From: Kiritimatiellia bacterium
GTDB lineage: Bacteria > Verrucomicrobiota > Kiritimatiellia > JAAZAB01
DNA length: 64,000 nucleotides
Direction of reading: 5' to 3'
Assembly: GCA_040767085.1 (NCBI GenBank)
Contig: JAXGPF010000005.1
Span: 224,001-288,000, forward strand
The notes under the pieces were generated by a model that worked only from the letters and a program-made list of their open reading frames with translations, ran no database searches and had not been told where the DNA came from. Each line of letters starts with the position of its first letter. Position 1 is the first letter of the stretch. Both the position numbers and the translations under genes were made by a program. Of this stretch, positions 1 through 9,039 are shown one piece after another.

Positions 1-1210
1 TGTTCAACGCGGCGGTGCCGGTGCGTTTGCCGACGCGGCATTGCAGCATGTAGAGCCGGCCATCCTGGATGGTGAACTCGATGTCCTGCATGTCGCGGTA
101 ATGCTTTTCCAGTTTCTTCTGGATGGCGTCCAGCTCGCGGTAAACCGCCGGCATGGCGGTTTCCAGCGATTCCAGCCCGGCGTTGTGTTCGCTCTTGGTG
201 GCTTCGTTCAGCGGATTGGGCGTCCGGATGCCGGCGACGACGTCCTCGCCCTGCGCGTTCACCAGCCATTCGCCGTAAAACTTGTGTTCGCCGGTGGCGG
301 GGTTGCGGCTGAAGGCCACGCCGGTGGCGGATGAGTCGCCCATGTTGCCGAACACCATCGCCTGCACATTGACGGCCGTGCCCCATTCATCCGGAATGCC
401 TTCAATCCGGCGGTAAGCGATGGCGCGCTTGCCGTTCCAGCTTTTGAACACCGCGGCAATGCCGCCCCAAAGCTGTTCCATCGGGTCATCCGGAAAATCC
501 TTGCCCAGCACCGCGCGCACGCGGGCCTTGAAGGCTTCGCAAAGCTGCTTGAGGTCTTCCGCGGTCAGGTCCGTGTCCTTGGCCACGCCCCGGCTGTGCT
601 TCATTTCCGTCATCATGCCGTCAAGCTGCAGGCGGATGCCCTGCCCTTCCGCCGCCTCCACGCCTTCGGCCTTCTCCATCACAACGTCGGAATACATCAT
701 GATCAGGCGCCGGTAGGCGTCATAGACAAACCGCTCGTTCTGCGTCTTGGCGATCAGGCCCGGAATGGTTTTGGGGCACAAGCCCACGTTCAAAACCGTT
801 TCCATCATGCCCGGCATGGATTTGCGCGCGCCGCTGCGGCAGGAGACCAGCAGGGGGTTTTGCGGGTCGCCGAACCGCATGCCCATCAATTTTTCCGTTT
901 TAGCCAGGGCGGCATCCACCTCTTTCTTCAAAGAGGACTGGAATTTCATGCGATTGCGGAAATAATCCACGCAACACTCGGTGGTGATGGTGAAACCGGC
1001 CGGCACCGGCAGACCCAGGCGGCACATTTCCGCCAGGTTGGCGCCCTTGCCTCCCAGCAGATTCTTCATTTCCGCACGGCCTTCCGTGGCGCCTTTGCCG
1101 GCGCCGAAAACGTAAACATATTTCACGGTTTTGGATGTCTTTTTGGCGGCGGCGGGTTTAGCGGCTTTCATTGCCTTGGTTTTAGGGGCGGTTTTTCCTT
1201 GCTTGGCCAT
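1..1210 (-). CDS. ppdK: Pyruvate, phosphate dikinase, N-terminal part (runs off the left edge of the window)
   Basis: Manual translation from ATG at 1210 gives MAKQGK...KYVYVFGAGKGATEGRAEMKNLLGGKGANLAEM...VPAGFTITTE...LVSCRSGARKSMPGMMETVLNVGL...GTAVNVQAMVFGNMG..SATGVAFSRNPATGE, the PPDK signature motifs. Confidence 0.96.
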   Translation of the reverse strand, partial: MAKQGKTAPKTKAMKAAKPAAAKKTSKTVKYVYVFGAGKGATEGRAEMKNLLGGKGANLAEMCRLGLPVPAGFTITTECCVDYFRNRMKFQSSLKKEVDAALAKTEKLMGMRFGDPQNPLLVSCRSGARKSMPGMMETVLNVGLCPKTIPGLIAKTQNERFVYDAYRRLIMMYSDVVMEKAEGVEAAEGQGIRLQLDGMMTEMKHSRGVAKDTDLTAEDLKQLCEAFKARVRAVLGKDFPDDPMEQLWGGIAAVFKSWNGKRAIAYRRIEGIPDEWGTAVNVQAMVFGNMGDSSATGVAFSRNPATGEHKFYGEWLVNAQGEDVVAGIRTPNPLNEATKSEHNAGLESLETAMPAVYRELDAIQKKLEKHYRDMQDIEFTIQDGRLYMLQCRVGKRTGTAALN

Positions 1211-1572
1211 TGTAAATATCCTTTTATTAATGGTTTATAAGCCTTCCCGCCGCGCCTGACGCGCGCCGGCCGGGGATGCTGAGAATCCTGCTGCGTTACC
1301 TTGCCTTGCCGCGCGGGCTTTCGCCAGTCCGGTATGCAGGCAAAGTTCTATAATTAATACCAGAATCAACGCCCGGGTCAATCAAAATCGGATGGTCCAA
1401 ATCGGATGGTCCAATCCCGTTGGTTGGCGGTTCGCCAACATGTTCAGCATTAAACTTGACAACCATTATCTGTTTGATTAATTATCGCACAAGTGTTTAC
1501 CGCCAATGCCGGCGGCTGAACATCCTTGTCACTGCAAACGATCCAATTCCGGCCATGCAAGAGGATTAATTT

Positions 1573-4500
1573 ATGCCGCGCACAAACCAACAGCAGATGG
1601 GGCTTGATTCCAAAGGCCAGACGACACGGCAATCCATGCGGATGATCAGCGCCGGCGCGATAGCCTTGCTCCTGGCCATGCCGGCGCATGCAGCGACATT
1701 GACCGTGGCGAATCTGAACGACAGCGGAGCCGGGTCTTTGCGGCAATGCCTCCAGGCAAGCGGCGCGGGCGATATTATCGAATTCGATGACAGTTTGTCG
1801 GGCACGCTGCTGCTGGCCGGCGGCTCGCTGAATATCACATCGGACGTGGCGATCATCGGCCCGGGCGCCGCTGTCATTGCCATCAGCGGGAATGATGCCA
1901 ACCGCATTTTCACAGCCACCAACGCGAGTCCTTTCATCAGCGGATTGGCCTTCACCGATGGATACGCGAGCGATGGGCGGAATGGCGGCGCCCTTTACCA
2001 GCAAGGCGGAGCAGCCATTTTCTCCAACTGTGTCTTCCGGAATAACCGCGCCATCGGCGTGAATGGACAGGCCGGCGGGTGCGGCGGCGCCATTTATGTT
2101 ACAAATGGCGAAATCGCGGCGCATGCATGTATTTTCAGCAATAACGCCGCCGTGGGGCCGGCCGGAACACCGCAGGATTCGGCTTATTATTCCGGCGGCG
2201 GCGGCGGCGGCGCGGGCCTGGGCGGAGCGTTATACGTTGCAAACGGCGCCGGCACGCTGACTGATTGCGTTTTAGTTTCAAACAGCATCACCGGCGGCGC
2301 CGGCGGCAATGGCGCATCGGGCGGGACGGAGGATGGCGGGCATGGCGGCGGGCCGGCCGGCGGCGCGGGCGGCATCCTCAGCCATCTGGACGGATACGAC
2401 GGCGGCGAATTCAGCGGCGGCGGCGGCGGCAAAAGCCCCAATGGCACTGCCACAAAAGGCGGCAACGGCGGGTTCGGCGGCGGCGGCGGCGGCGCGGGCT
2501 CATATAATCCTTCCGGTCCCGGCGGGACTGGCGGCGCTTATGCCGGCAACGGCGGGGCCTCCTATTCGTCCGGCGGCGGCGGCGGCGGCGGCGGCGCGGG
2601 GTTGGGCGGGGCGGTTTTTATTCAAGATGGCCAACTCACATGCCACAACGTTGTATTTGCCGACAACTCCGCCATGGGCGGCAGCGGCGGCACTTGCTAT
2701 GGTTCTCCCAGCGGCGGCAACGGCCAGGGCATGGGCGGGGCAATCCTGCTGCATCGCGCCACGGCGGACCTGCAATTGACCGTCTTCTCCAATAACTATC
2801 CCAACGCGGCCGACGAGTTAATCATCCTCGGCACGAATGGCGGGGCAATCCTGAACGGCGAACCGGCCAATGCTGAAAAAGGCACGGACTTCGGAACGCG
2901 CATCGCCGGATCCGTTGTAACGAATGTGCTGACACTTTCCAATGCCTGCGCCAATAGCCTTGCCATCGGCAATGTAACCACCAGCGGAACCGGCGCGGCT
3001 TTTTTCAGCGTGGCGGTTTTGCCGGCAAATTTGCCCGCCGGCGCCGCCAGCAATCTCATGGTTATTTACCAGCCGGCCGCCGCCGGCTACCACACCTGCT
3101 CCATCAGCATCTCCAACTCGTCCCTGCTTGGCTGCAATTTAATCAATCTGGCCGGCACCGTGGAGAAAGCCGAACAGGCGGCGCTGATATTCAATCCCGC
3201 GGCCACCCAGGTTTATAACACCTCCCAGGGCTTGCGCGTTACCGGCGGTTCCGGCGCGGGCGCGGTGAGTTTCACGGTGCTTTCCGGGCCCGGCCAGATC
3301 ACCGGCGGCACAAACCTTGTCGTTACCGCCGGCGCCGGCGCCGTGCTGGTGCGCGCGGCCAAAGCGGCCGACGCCCTGTATAATGCGCGCGCCGTGACGG
3401 CGCAAGTCGTTTGCGTGAAATCTTCGCAGACCATCGTTTTCCCGGCGATTTCAGACAAGATTCTGACAAACGTGGTTGCGCTTTCCGCCACGGCAAGTTC
3501 GGGGCTGCCCGTGAAATTCGCCGTAGTCCGCGGGCCGGGACAGATCGCCAATAACTCCACGCTGGCCTTTACCGGCACCGGGACGGTGGTGGTGACCGCG
3601 CGGCAACCCGGCAATGCGAACTGGAACGCATCGGCGACGGCGAGCAATACGGTGCGCGTGCTGCCGGTGCCGCTCGGATCCCTGCAAGTCGTGTTATTGC
3701 CGGCGGAAGCCGTGGCGATCGGCGCCATGTGGCGCGTGGATAGCGGCGCGTGGCGCACGAGCGGGACGGTGATTACCGGCCTGGCCGCGGGCGCACATAC
3801 GGTGAGTTTCAAAGCGGTGGCCGGGTATAACACCCCGGGCAATCAGGCAGTGAATATCCAGAACCATTTGCTGTCCGCGCTGGAAAAACAATACACGCTT
3901 ACCGCAGGCGATGCGCGCTATACGCCGGTGGCGGCCGATTATGATGGCGACGGCCTGGCCGATCCGGGGGTTTACCGGACCTCCGACGGCAGTTGGCGCT
4001 GGCGCATGTCCAACAACAATTATAACTGGTTCAGATATGACGGCGCCTTCGGCAGGCACAGTTGCACCCCGGTGGCCGCCGATTTCGACGGGGATGGTCT
4101 CGCGGACATGGGCTTGTACAATGCCACCAACGGAGAATGGCGCGCCTTGCTTTCTGCCACCGGCTACCGCGAAATCGTCATGCCCGGCGCATTTGGCGGC
4201 CCGGGGTGGGCGGCGCTGGCGGCTGACTTCGACGGCGACCTCAAGGCCGATCCGGCGGTGTATCATCCCGCAACAGGTGATTGGAAGATACGGCTTTCGA
4301 CCCAGGCGTACCAGCCATCCACCTACAGCAAATTACTGGGCGGTACCGGGTTCACGGCCGCGGCGGAGGATATTGACGGCGACGGCCTGGCTGATCCATG
4401 CGTCTGCAACATGGCAACCGGCCAATGCAAGGCGCTGCAGTCGAGCCGGAATTACGGCTTGTTGTATACGGGCGCGGGATATCTGGGCTCGCCGGGGTAT

Positions 4501-4638
4501 TTATTCATGCTGTCGGATTTTGACGGCGACGGATTCCCGGATCCGGCAATCTGCGACCCGGCAACCGGCACGGTGAAAGCGCGTTTGTCAAACTCCGGTT
4601 ATGAGATGCAGACCTTGGCCGGTTTTTTAAAACCGTAA
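1573..4638 (+). CDS. Secreted/surface protein: polymorphic beta-helix region with glycine-rich inserts, ASH/choice-of-anchor D-like Ig domain, MBG-like repeats, C-terminal FG-GAP-like (DxDGDG) repeats
   Basis: Signal peptide ending AHA|A (true start may be ~1636-1642), 'TVANLNDSGAGSLRQ' motif, poly-Gly runs, 'GTDFG' Ig domain, and five ADYDGDG/ADFDGD-type repeats. Confidence 0.75.
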   Translation: MPRTNQQQMGLDSKGQTTRQSMRMISAGAIALLLAMPAHAATLTVANLNDSGAGSLRQCLQASGAGDIIEFDDSLSGTLLLAGGSLNITSDVAIIGPGAAVIAISGNDANRIFTATNASPFISGLAFTDGYASDGRNGGALYQQGGAAIFSNCVFRNNRAIGVNGQAGGCGGAIYVTNGEIAAHACIFSNNAAVGPAGTPQDSAYYSGGGGGGAGLGGALYVANGAGTLTDCVLVSNSITGGAGGNGASGGTEDGGHGGGPAGGAGGILSHLDGYDGGEFSGGGGGKSPNGTATKGGNGGFGGGGGGAGSYNPSGPGGTGGAYAGNGGASYSSGGGGGGGGAGLGGAVFIQDGQLTCHNVVFADNSAMGGSGGTCYGSPSGGNGQGMGGAILLHRATADLQLTVFSNNYPNAADELIILGTNGGAILNGEPANAEKGTDFGTRIAGSVVTNVLTLSNACANSLAIGNVTTSGTGAAFFSVAVLPANLPAGAASNLMVIYQPAAAGYHTCSISISNSSLLGCNLINLAGTVEKAEQAALIFNPAATQVYNTSQGLRVTGGSGAGAVSFTVLSGPGQITGGTNLVVTAGAGAVLVRAAKAADALYNARAVTAQVVCVKSSQTIVFPAISDKILTNVVALSATASSGLPVKFAVVRGPGQIANNSTLAFTGTGTVVVTARQPGNANWNASATASNTVRVLPVPLGSLQVVLLPAEAVAIGAMWRVDSGAWRTSGTVITGLAAGAHTVSFKAVAGYNTPGNQAVNIQNHLLSALEKQYTLTAGDARYTPVAADYDGDGLADPGVYRTSDGSWRWRMSNNNYNWFRYDGAFGRHSCTPVAADFDGDGLADMGLYNATNGEWRALLSATGYREIVMPGAFGGPGWAALAADFDGDLKADPAVYHPATGDWKIRLSTQAYQPSTYSKLLGGTGFTAAAEDIDGDGLADPCVCNMATGQCKALQSSRNYGLLYTGAGYLGSPGYLFMLSDFDGDGFPDPAICDPATGTVKARLSNSGYEMQTLAGFLKP

Positions 4639-4671
4639 TGCGCGGCGTGCAATTTTCAGACGGCAGGTTGC

Positions 4672-5325
4672 TCATACCCCACGCCGGCGCGCCGGCCAGA
4701 GTATTTTATGCCATTGGAGATTAAGGCGCACCGGCAGGCCATCCCTTAAAATCCACCCCGCCAGTCGGGCTGGCGGCAGGCGGCCGGCCACGGGGCTGAA
4801 CAGCACCGCGGCGCACCGGCGTTCCAAACGGTGTTTGGCCACCAAGGCGCGCGCCCAATCGTAATCGGCGCGGCCGGCGAGCACGAATTTGACTTCATCG
4901 TGCGGGCGCAACCGTTTCAGATTTTCCCAGTCCATGGCGTGCGCCTGGCCGCTGGCCGGCGTTTTGATGTCCATGATCACCACGGCCTCCGCTGGAACCG
5001 CGCTGATATCGCAACTGCCGTTGGTCTCCAGCAGCACTCGGCCATGCCGGCCCAGCCGCCGCAACAACGCCGGCGCCGTCGGCTGCAGCAACGGCTCGCC
5101 GCCCGTCACCTCGGCCAGGCGCAGCCGGCTGGCGCGGAAAGACTGCGCCAGCGCCGCCACTGTAACACGCCGCCCGCGCGTCCGGCGGGCGTAAGCGGTA
5201 TCGCAATAGTTGCAATCCAGGTTGCAGCCGGCCAGGCGGATGAAGAAACAGGGCATTCCGGCCCGGGTGGATTCGCCCTGGATGGAAGCAAAAACCTCGC
5301 AGACATTGACAGCCGGCGTCATCAT
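4672..5325 (-). CDS. queE: 7-carboxy-7-deazaguanine synthase (radical SAM)
   Basis: EVFASIQGE, FIRLAGCNLDCNYCDT, TGGEPL, ETNGS, QWHK motifs; adjacent to queD. Confidence 0.93.
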   Translation of the reverse strand: MMTPAVNVCEVFASIQGESTRAGMPCFFIRLAGCNLDCNYCDTAYARRTRGRRVTVAALAQSFRASRLRLAEVTGGEPLLQPTAPALLRRLGRHGRVLLETNGSCDISAVPAEAVVIMDIKTPASGQAHAMDWENLKRLRPHDEVKFVLAGRADYDWARALVAKHRLERRCAAVLFSPVAGRLPPARLAGWILRDGLPVRLNLQWHKILWPARRRGV

Positions 5326-5693
5326 TCCTCCCAGTAAACCGCGGAGGTGCCGGGAGTCTCGCTGACGCGCACACGGTGGAGGCGGCAGAATGCGTCATTC
5401 AACTGGGCGGACAGACGCTGGTAAAGATGGCGGGCGATATGTTCCGCCGTCGGATTAACATCTTCAAACGCCGGCAAGTGATTCAGGTCCTGGTGGTCCA
5501 ACTCCGCCAGAATCTCCCGCAGGGCCCCGCGGATTTCCTTGAAATCAGCCAGCACGCCGACCTCGTCCGTCTGGCCCCCCCGCAGAAATACTTCGACTTC
5601 CCAGTTATGGCCGTGGGGATTGCAGCATTGCCCATCGTAACCCTCCAGGTGATGCGCGCCGCAAAAACTTTCTTTGACGCTGATTTCAAACAT
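5322..5693 (-). CDS. queD: 6-carboxy-5,6,7,8-tetrahydropterin synthase
   Basis: AHHL, C..PHGHNW, LDH, NPTAE, SETP motifs. Confidence 0.93.
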   Translation of the reverse strand: MFEISVKESFCGAHHLEGYDGQCCNPHGHNWEVEVFLRGGQTDEVGVLADFKEIRGALREILAELDHQDLNHLPAFEDVNPTAEHIARHLYQRLSAQLNDAFCRLHRVRVSETPGTSAVYWEE

Positions 5694-5768
5694 GGCTCGC
5701 TCCTGCGTTACCCCACGCGCGATAATCTTTCCGGATGCGGAAGGTTGAAGGTTTAAGATCCCGCAAGC

Positions 5769-5797
5769 ATATTAAGCCCAAACGCCAAACCTGTCAA
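5769..5797 (-). promoter_or_regulatory. Sigma70-like promoter for queD-queE
   Basis: Minus strand TTGACA (5797-5792), 17-nt spacer, TAATAT (5774-5769). Confidence 0.65.
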
Positions 5798-5824
5798 CGG
5801 CCAGCATCGCGGCGGACCCGGGGC

Positions 5825-6269
5825 GGGTGTAAGGCAAATTTGTTGATGATTTGTGTAAACTTTAATTTCACGGCGGATTTCAGTGTAATTTATGAGTCCG
5901 CTATAGATACAATCCTTCGAATTCCGATAATTTCGGCCAGGTACACCATCCTGGCCGAAATTGGGCCACCGTGTTGCGAATTTCGCTCCCCGAGCCTAGC
6001 GAGGGGTTCGAAAAGACAAGGCAAGTTTGGGGTGGATGCGTGGGCGCAGGGGGTGACGCTAACCCCACTGGAAAGCGGGGCAAGTCTCATGCTTGTCCCG
6101 CCGCAGGCGGGAATTGCGTCACCACTTGCAACCACGCCCGCAGGGTCCGCGCAGCGGACAGACACCCCGAAGAAAGCCTGTACGGCTCGCACTCGCCGCC
6201 GTCCTTTTCGAACGGAATTCGCTACGCATCCCTACCACCGCACTACCCCAACTAATTTGTCTTACACCC
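5825..6269 (+). ncRNA. Candidate large structured ncRNA or MITE bounded by a 21-bp inverted repeat
   Basis: GGGTGTAAGGCAAATTTGTTG (5825-5845) pairs with CAACTAATTTGTCTTACACCC (6249-6269); many nested helices with + strand G·U pairs; no credible CDS. Confidence 0.55.
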
Positions 6270-7575
6270 CCGGAGGCCGCCCGTAGACACAAGCGCCATG
6301 GGATTCTCTCACCTTCCAGGCCATGCGGCATGACCAGGCAGCTAGCACCAGGCAACCCGCCATGACCGTCAAATAGGCGGCGCGAGGATACACCACCACC
6401 GCCCCCGCCCTTTGTACGCCGCCAAACGCATCTAACACCAATCCCGCCAGGTGGCTGAGCAGGGCGATCGCCATGTAACACGCGCCGTTAACCAGGCCCA
6501 CCGACGCGCCGGCGGATTCCGGCGGATTGACCTCCTTGATTACGGCGCAAATGATGGGCGAGGCCGAACTGGCCAGCCCCAGCAGCAGCAGGCAAGCCGC
6601 CAGCCAGCGGGGCGAATAACCACGCCATAACGCCGCCGCCATCACTGCCAGCGCCAGCATGGTCAGCCCGGCGCAGCCGAAAATCACCGGCCGGCGGCGA
6701 TTCTGCAGCAAACGCGAGACAAAACCCGACAGCGAGGTGGCCAGCATGCAGACCAGCATCATCCAAAAAGAAACCGACGCCGCCCGGTCCGGAGTCAAAC
6801 CGCCGGCATCCGTCAGCATTTTTTTGCCGAGGACGGCCTGCCAGAGAAAATACACGCCGAAATTCACCATGCCGCATCCCATGACCGGCCAGGTGTCCGG
6901 ATTGCTTAAAATAATCTTCACCCGCTGCCATAACGTCGCCTGGCGGGCCGATGGCGCGGGGGCCCGGCGGCCGCGCAGCACGGCCAACGCCAACAACCAG
7001 GCCAGGCCGCTGAGCAGCCCGGCCCCGAACATGGCCGAACGCCAGCCCCAGCGGCCGGCCAGGCGTGCCAGCGGCAGCGTGCCGGCCAGGCCGCCGGCAT
7101 ATCCCACGAACAGGCAAAGGCACAGGATCATGGCAAAATGCCGGGCGGGAAACATGCCGTCCAGTTCCTTGACAAGACTGATGAAAATCAGGCTGGCGCC
7201 CAAGCCGGTCAAGGCGCGCACCGCATACAAACATGGCAGCGAATGCATCAACGGGAAGACCACCGAGGAAACCGCCAGCAGCGCCCCCCCGGTCAGCAGC
7301 ACGCGCGCACCGCCGTACCGATCGGCCAGCAATCCGGTGAAAAATTGCATCGCGCCGTAAATATACATGAAGACCGCGCCCAGTACCGTAATGGCCGTGG
7401 CGGTGGCCGCAAAATCCGTCTGCAATTCGTCGAACAGCGTGCCCGGCAGCGCCAGGCGCTGAAAATAGGAAAAAAAATACAGCAGGCACATGGCGGCCAG
7501 AGCTATTATTTTATGGCGCCGTAACATGCCGGCTTCCGCCGCTTTCAGAATTGATCCGTCAACATGTTTGTTCAT
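6262..7575 (-). CDS. MFS transporter
   Basis: About 12 hydrophobic segments and the MFS motif A 'GLLADRYGGARV'; start at 7575 or 7527. Confidence 0.88.
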   Translation of the reverse strand: MNKHVDGSILKAAEAGMLRRHKIIALAAMCLLYFFSYFQRLALPGTLFDELQTDFAATATAITVLGAVFMYIYGAMQFFTGLLADRYGGARVLLTGGALLAVSSVVFPLMHSLPCLYAVRALTGLGASLIFISLVKELDGMFPARHFAMILCLCLFVGYAGGLAGTLPLARLAGRWGWRSAMFGAGLLSGLAWLLALAVLRGRRAPAPSARQATLWQRVKIILSNPDTWPVMGCGMVNFGVYFLWQAVLGKKMLTDAGGLTPDRAASVSFWMMLVCMLATSLSGFVSRLLQNRRRPVIFGCAGLTMLALAVMAAALWRGYSPRWLAACLLLLGLASSASPIICAVIKEVNPPESAGASVGLVNGACYMAIALLSHLAGLVLDAFGGVQRAGAVVVYPRAAYLTVMAGCLVLAAWSCRMAWKVRESHGACVYGRPPGV

Positions 7576-8665
7576 CGCGGTAACAGCAGATTCCCCCGCC
7601 CTGCGGGCGGCGGATACGGAAAGCATTAGCCCCGGCGGCGGTAACGTAATCGGCGGAAGCCGGCACCTTGCCGCGCCCCCGTGGCAAATCCAGCACATAT
7701 TGCGGCGCCAGGTATCCCGGGAGGCTGCCCCAGAGTTCCCGCCACAGGCGCCGGCCGCGCGCCAGCGGCGGCCGCCAATGCCGGGTGCCGGGGGCGCGGT
7801 CGGGATGGTGCAGGTAATAGGGCTTGACGCCCGCCTCCGCCAGCCGCCAGCCGAGTTCCCGGAGCACGGCCGGGTCGTCATTCACCCCGCGCAGCAACAC
7901 GCTTTGATTCAAAAGCGGAACGGCCTGACGCAGCCGCTGCAGGTAATTCACGGCGGTGGGTGTAAGTTCGCGCGGATGGTTGAAATGCGCCACCACCCAC
8001 AACGGCTGCAAGGCAGCCAGGCCGCGCGCGAGCGCCTGGGTGATGCGGAACGGATTGTATGCCGGCATGCGGGTATGCACGCGTAACAGCCGCACATGCC
8101 GGATGCGCCGCAGCCGGCGCAGCAGCGCCAGCAGCGGCGCGTCCGGCAGCATCAGCGGATCGCCGCCGGTGAGAATTACCTCCCGGATTTCCGGATGGGC
8201 GGCAATATACGCCAGCGCCCGCGCCTGGGCCGCGGCGGTCCAGGCGCCGGCCGCTCCGCCCACCCGCCGCCGCCGGAAACAATAGCGGCAGTAGCCGCCG
8301 CATTGCATGGACGGAAAAATCAGAACCCGTTCCGGATGGCGATGGGTCAACCCGGGCGCCGGCCGGTGTTTGCCGCCATCCGCGATGGGGTCCGCCGACT
8401 CGCCGGGGCTGATCCGCAACTCGCGCGGATCGGGCAATACCATCCGCAGTAGCGGATCGGCGGGATCATCCGGACGCAGGAGGGCCAGATAATAAGGCGT
8501 GATTTTCACCGGCTGCCGGCGGGCGGCGGCTTCCATCCGCGCCGCCGCGGCCGGCGGCAAATGCAGCCGCTGGGCCAGGGCGCCGACGGAACGCGCGGCA
8601 TGGGCATCCTGCCAGCGCCAGTCAGCGCGGCCGGGACCGTGATGAACAATTTTTGAGCGTTGCAT
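7559..8665 (-). CDS. KamA-family radical SAM protein (lysine 2,3-aminomutase-like)
   Basis: ITPYYL, GLTHRHP, CGGYCRYCFRR, TGGDPL, HFNHPRE, NQSVLLRGVND, PYYLH, GRGK motifs. Confidence 0.9.
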   Translation of the reverse strand: MQRSKIVHHGPGRADWRWQDAHAARSVGALAQRLHLPPAAAARMEAAARRQPVKITPYYLALLRPDDPADPLLRMVLPDPRELRISPGESADPIADGGKHRPAPGLTHRHPERVLIFPSMQCGGYCRYCFRRRRVGGAAGAWTAAAQARALAYIAAHPEIREVILTGGDPLMLPDAPLLALLRRLRRIRHVRLLRVHTRMPAYNPFRITQALARGLAALQPLWVVAHFNHPRELTPTAVNYLQRLRQAVPLLNQSVLLRGVNDDPAVLRELGWRLAEAGVKPYYLHHPDRAPGTRHWRPPLARGRRLWRELWGSLPGYLAPQYVLDLPRGRGKVPASADYVTAAGANAFRIRRPQGGGICCYRDEQTC

Positions 8666-8713
8666 GTTGGCTGCCTGGAATTGCCAGTTGCGGGCATAAG
8701 CCCGCCGCGGGAG

Positions 8714-8797
8714 TGCCTGGGGAGGGAGTCGAACCCTCACGACCGTTAAGGTCATCGGATTTTAAGTCCGATGCGTCTGCCATTTCGCCACCCAGGC
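8714..8797 (-). tRNA. tRNA-Leu (anticodon TAA), CCA not encoded
   Basis: GCCTGGGTGGCGAAATGGCAGACGCATCGGACTTAAAATCCGA...GGGTTCGACTCCCTCCCCAGGCA; long variable arm. Confidence 0.96.
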
Positions 8798-8875
8798 CGA
8801 TGCCATTACGCGCCAGGCGCCGGCTGGCCACGGGGAATTCACGGCAAGTTACCAGCGCCCGGGCGAAAAAACAAG

Positions 8876-9021
8876 CCTGGAATGGACTCGGGTACGGGAA
8901 CGAGAGACAATCAGGCCAACCGGAGGGTCCAGACGACTCGCAATAGCTCGCGCCTGACCCTCGGCGTTATGCCTAAAACACAAGGATGACCTAACGAGGT
9001 CGGCTAACCGGCAAATTCAGG
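8876..9021. ncRNA. Candidate 6S-like rod-shaped RNA
   Basis: Closing stem CCTGGAAT/ATTCAGG, central unpaired bubble, inner stems AGGCCAAC/GTTATGCCT and GAGGGTC/GACCCTC. Confidence 0.45.
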
Positions 9022-9039
9022 ATACGGCGCAGGGATGCC

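Noticed and set aside
5694-5800. preQ1 riboswitch upstream of queD
   Set aside because: No preQ1-I stem with a 3' A-rich tail is recognisable; the leader after the predicted promoter is short.
5825-6269. tmRNA, RNase P, SRP, cobalamin riboswitch or group II intron identity
   Set aside because: Lacks a T-loop/CCA acceptor end, GAGGAAAGUCC, the SRP GGAA/AGCAG loop, the full B12 box and a complete domain V.
5735-6286. 183-aa ORF and overlapping ORFs
   Set aside because: No recognisable motifs and atypical composition; better explained by the structured non-coding element.
8700-8800. Prophage or island integrated at tRNA-Leu
   Set aside because: No integrase and no duplicated tRNA 3' end noticed in the window.
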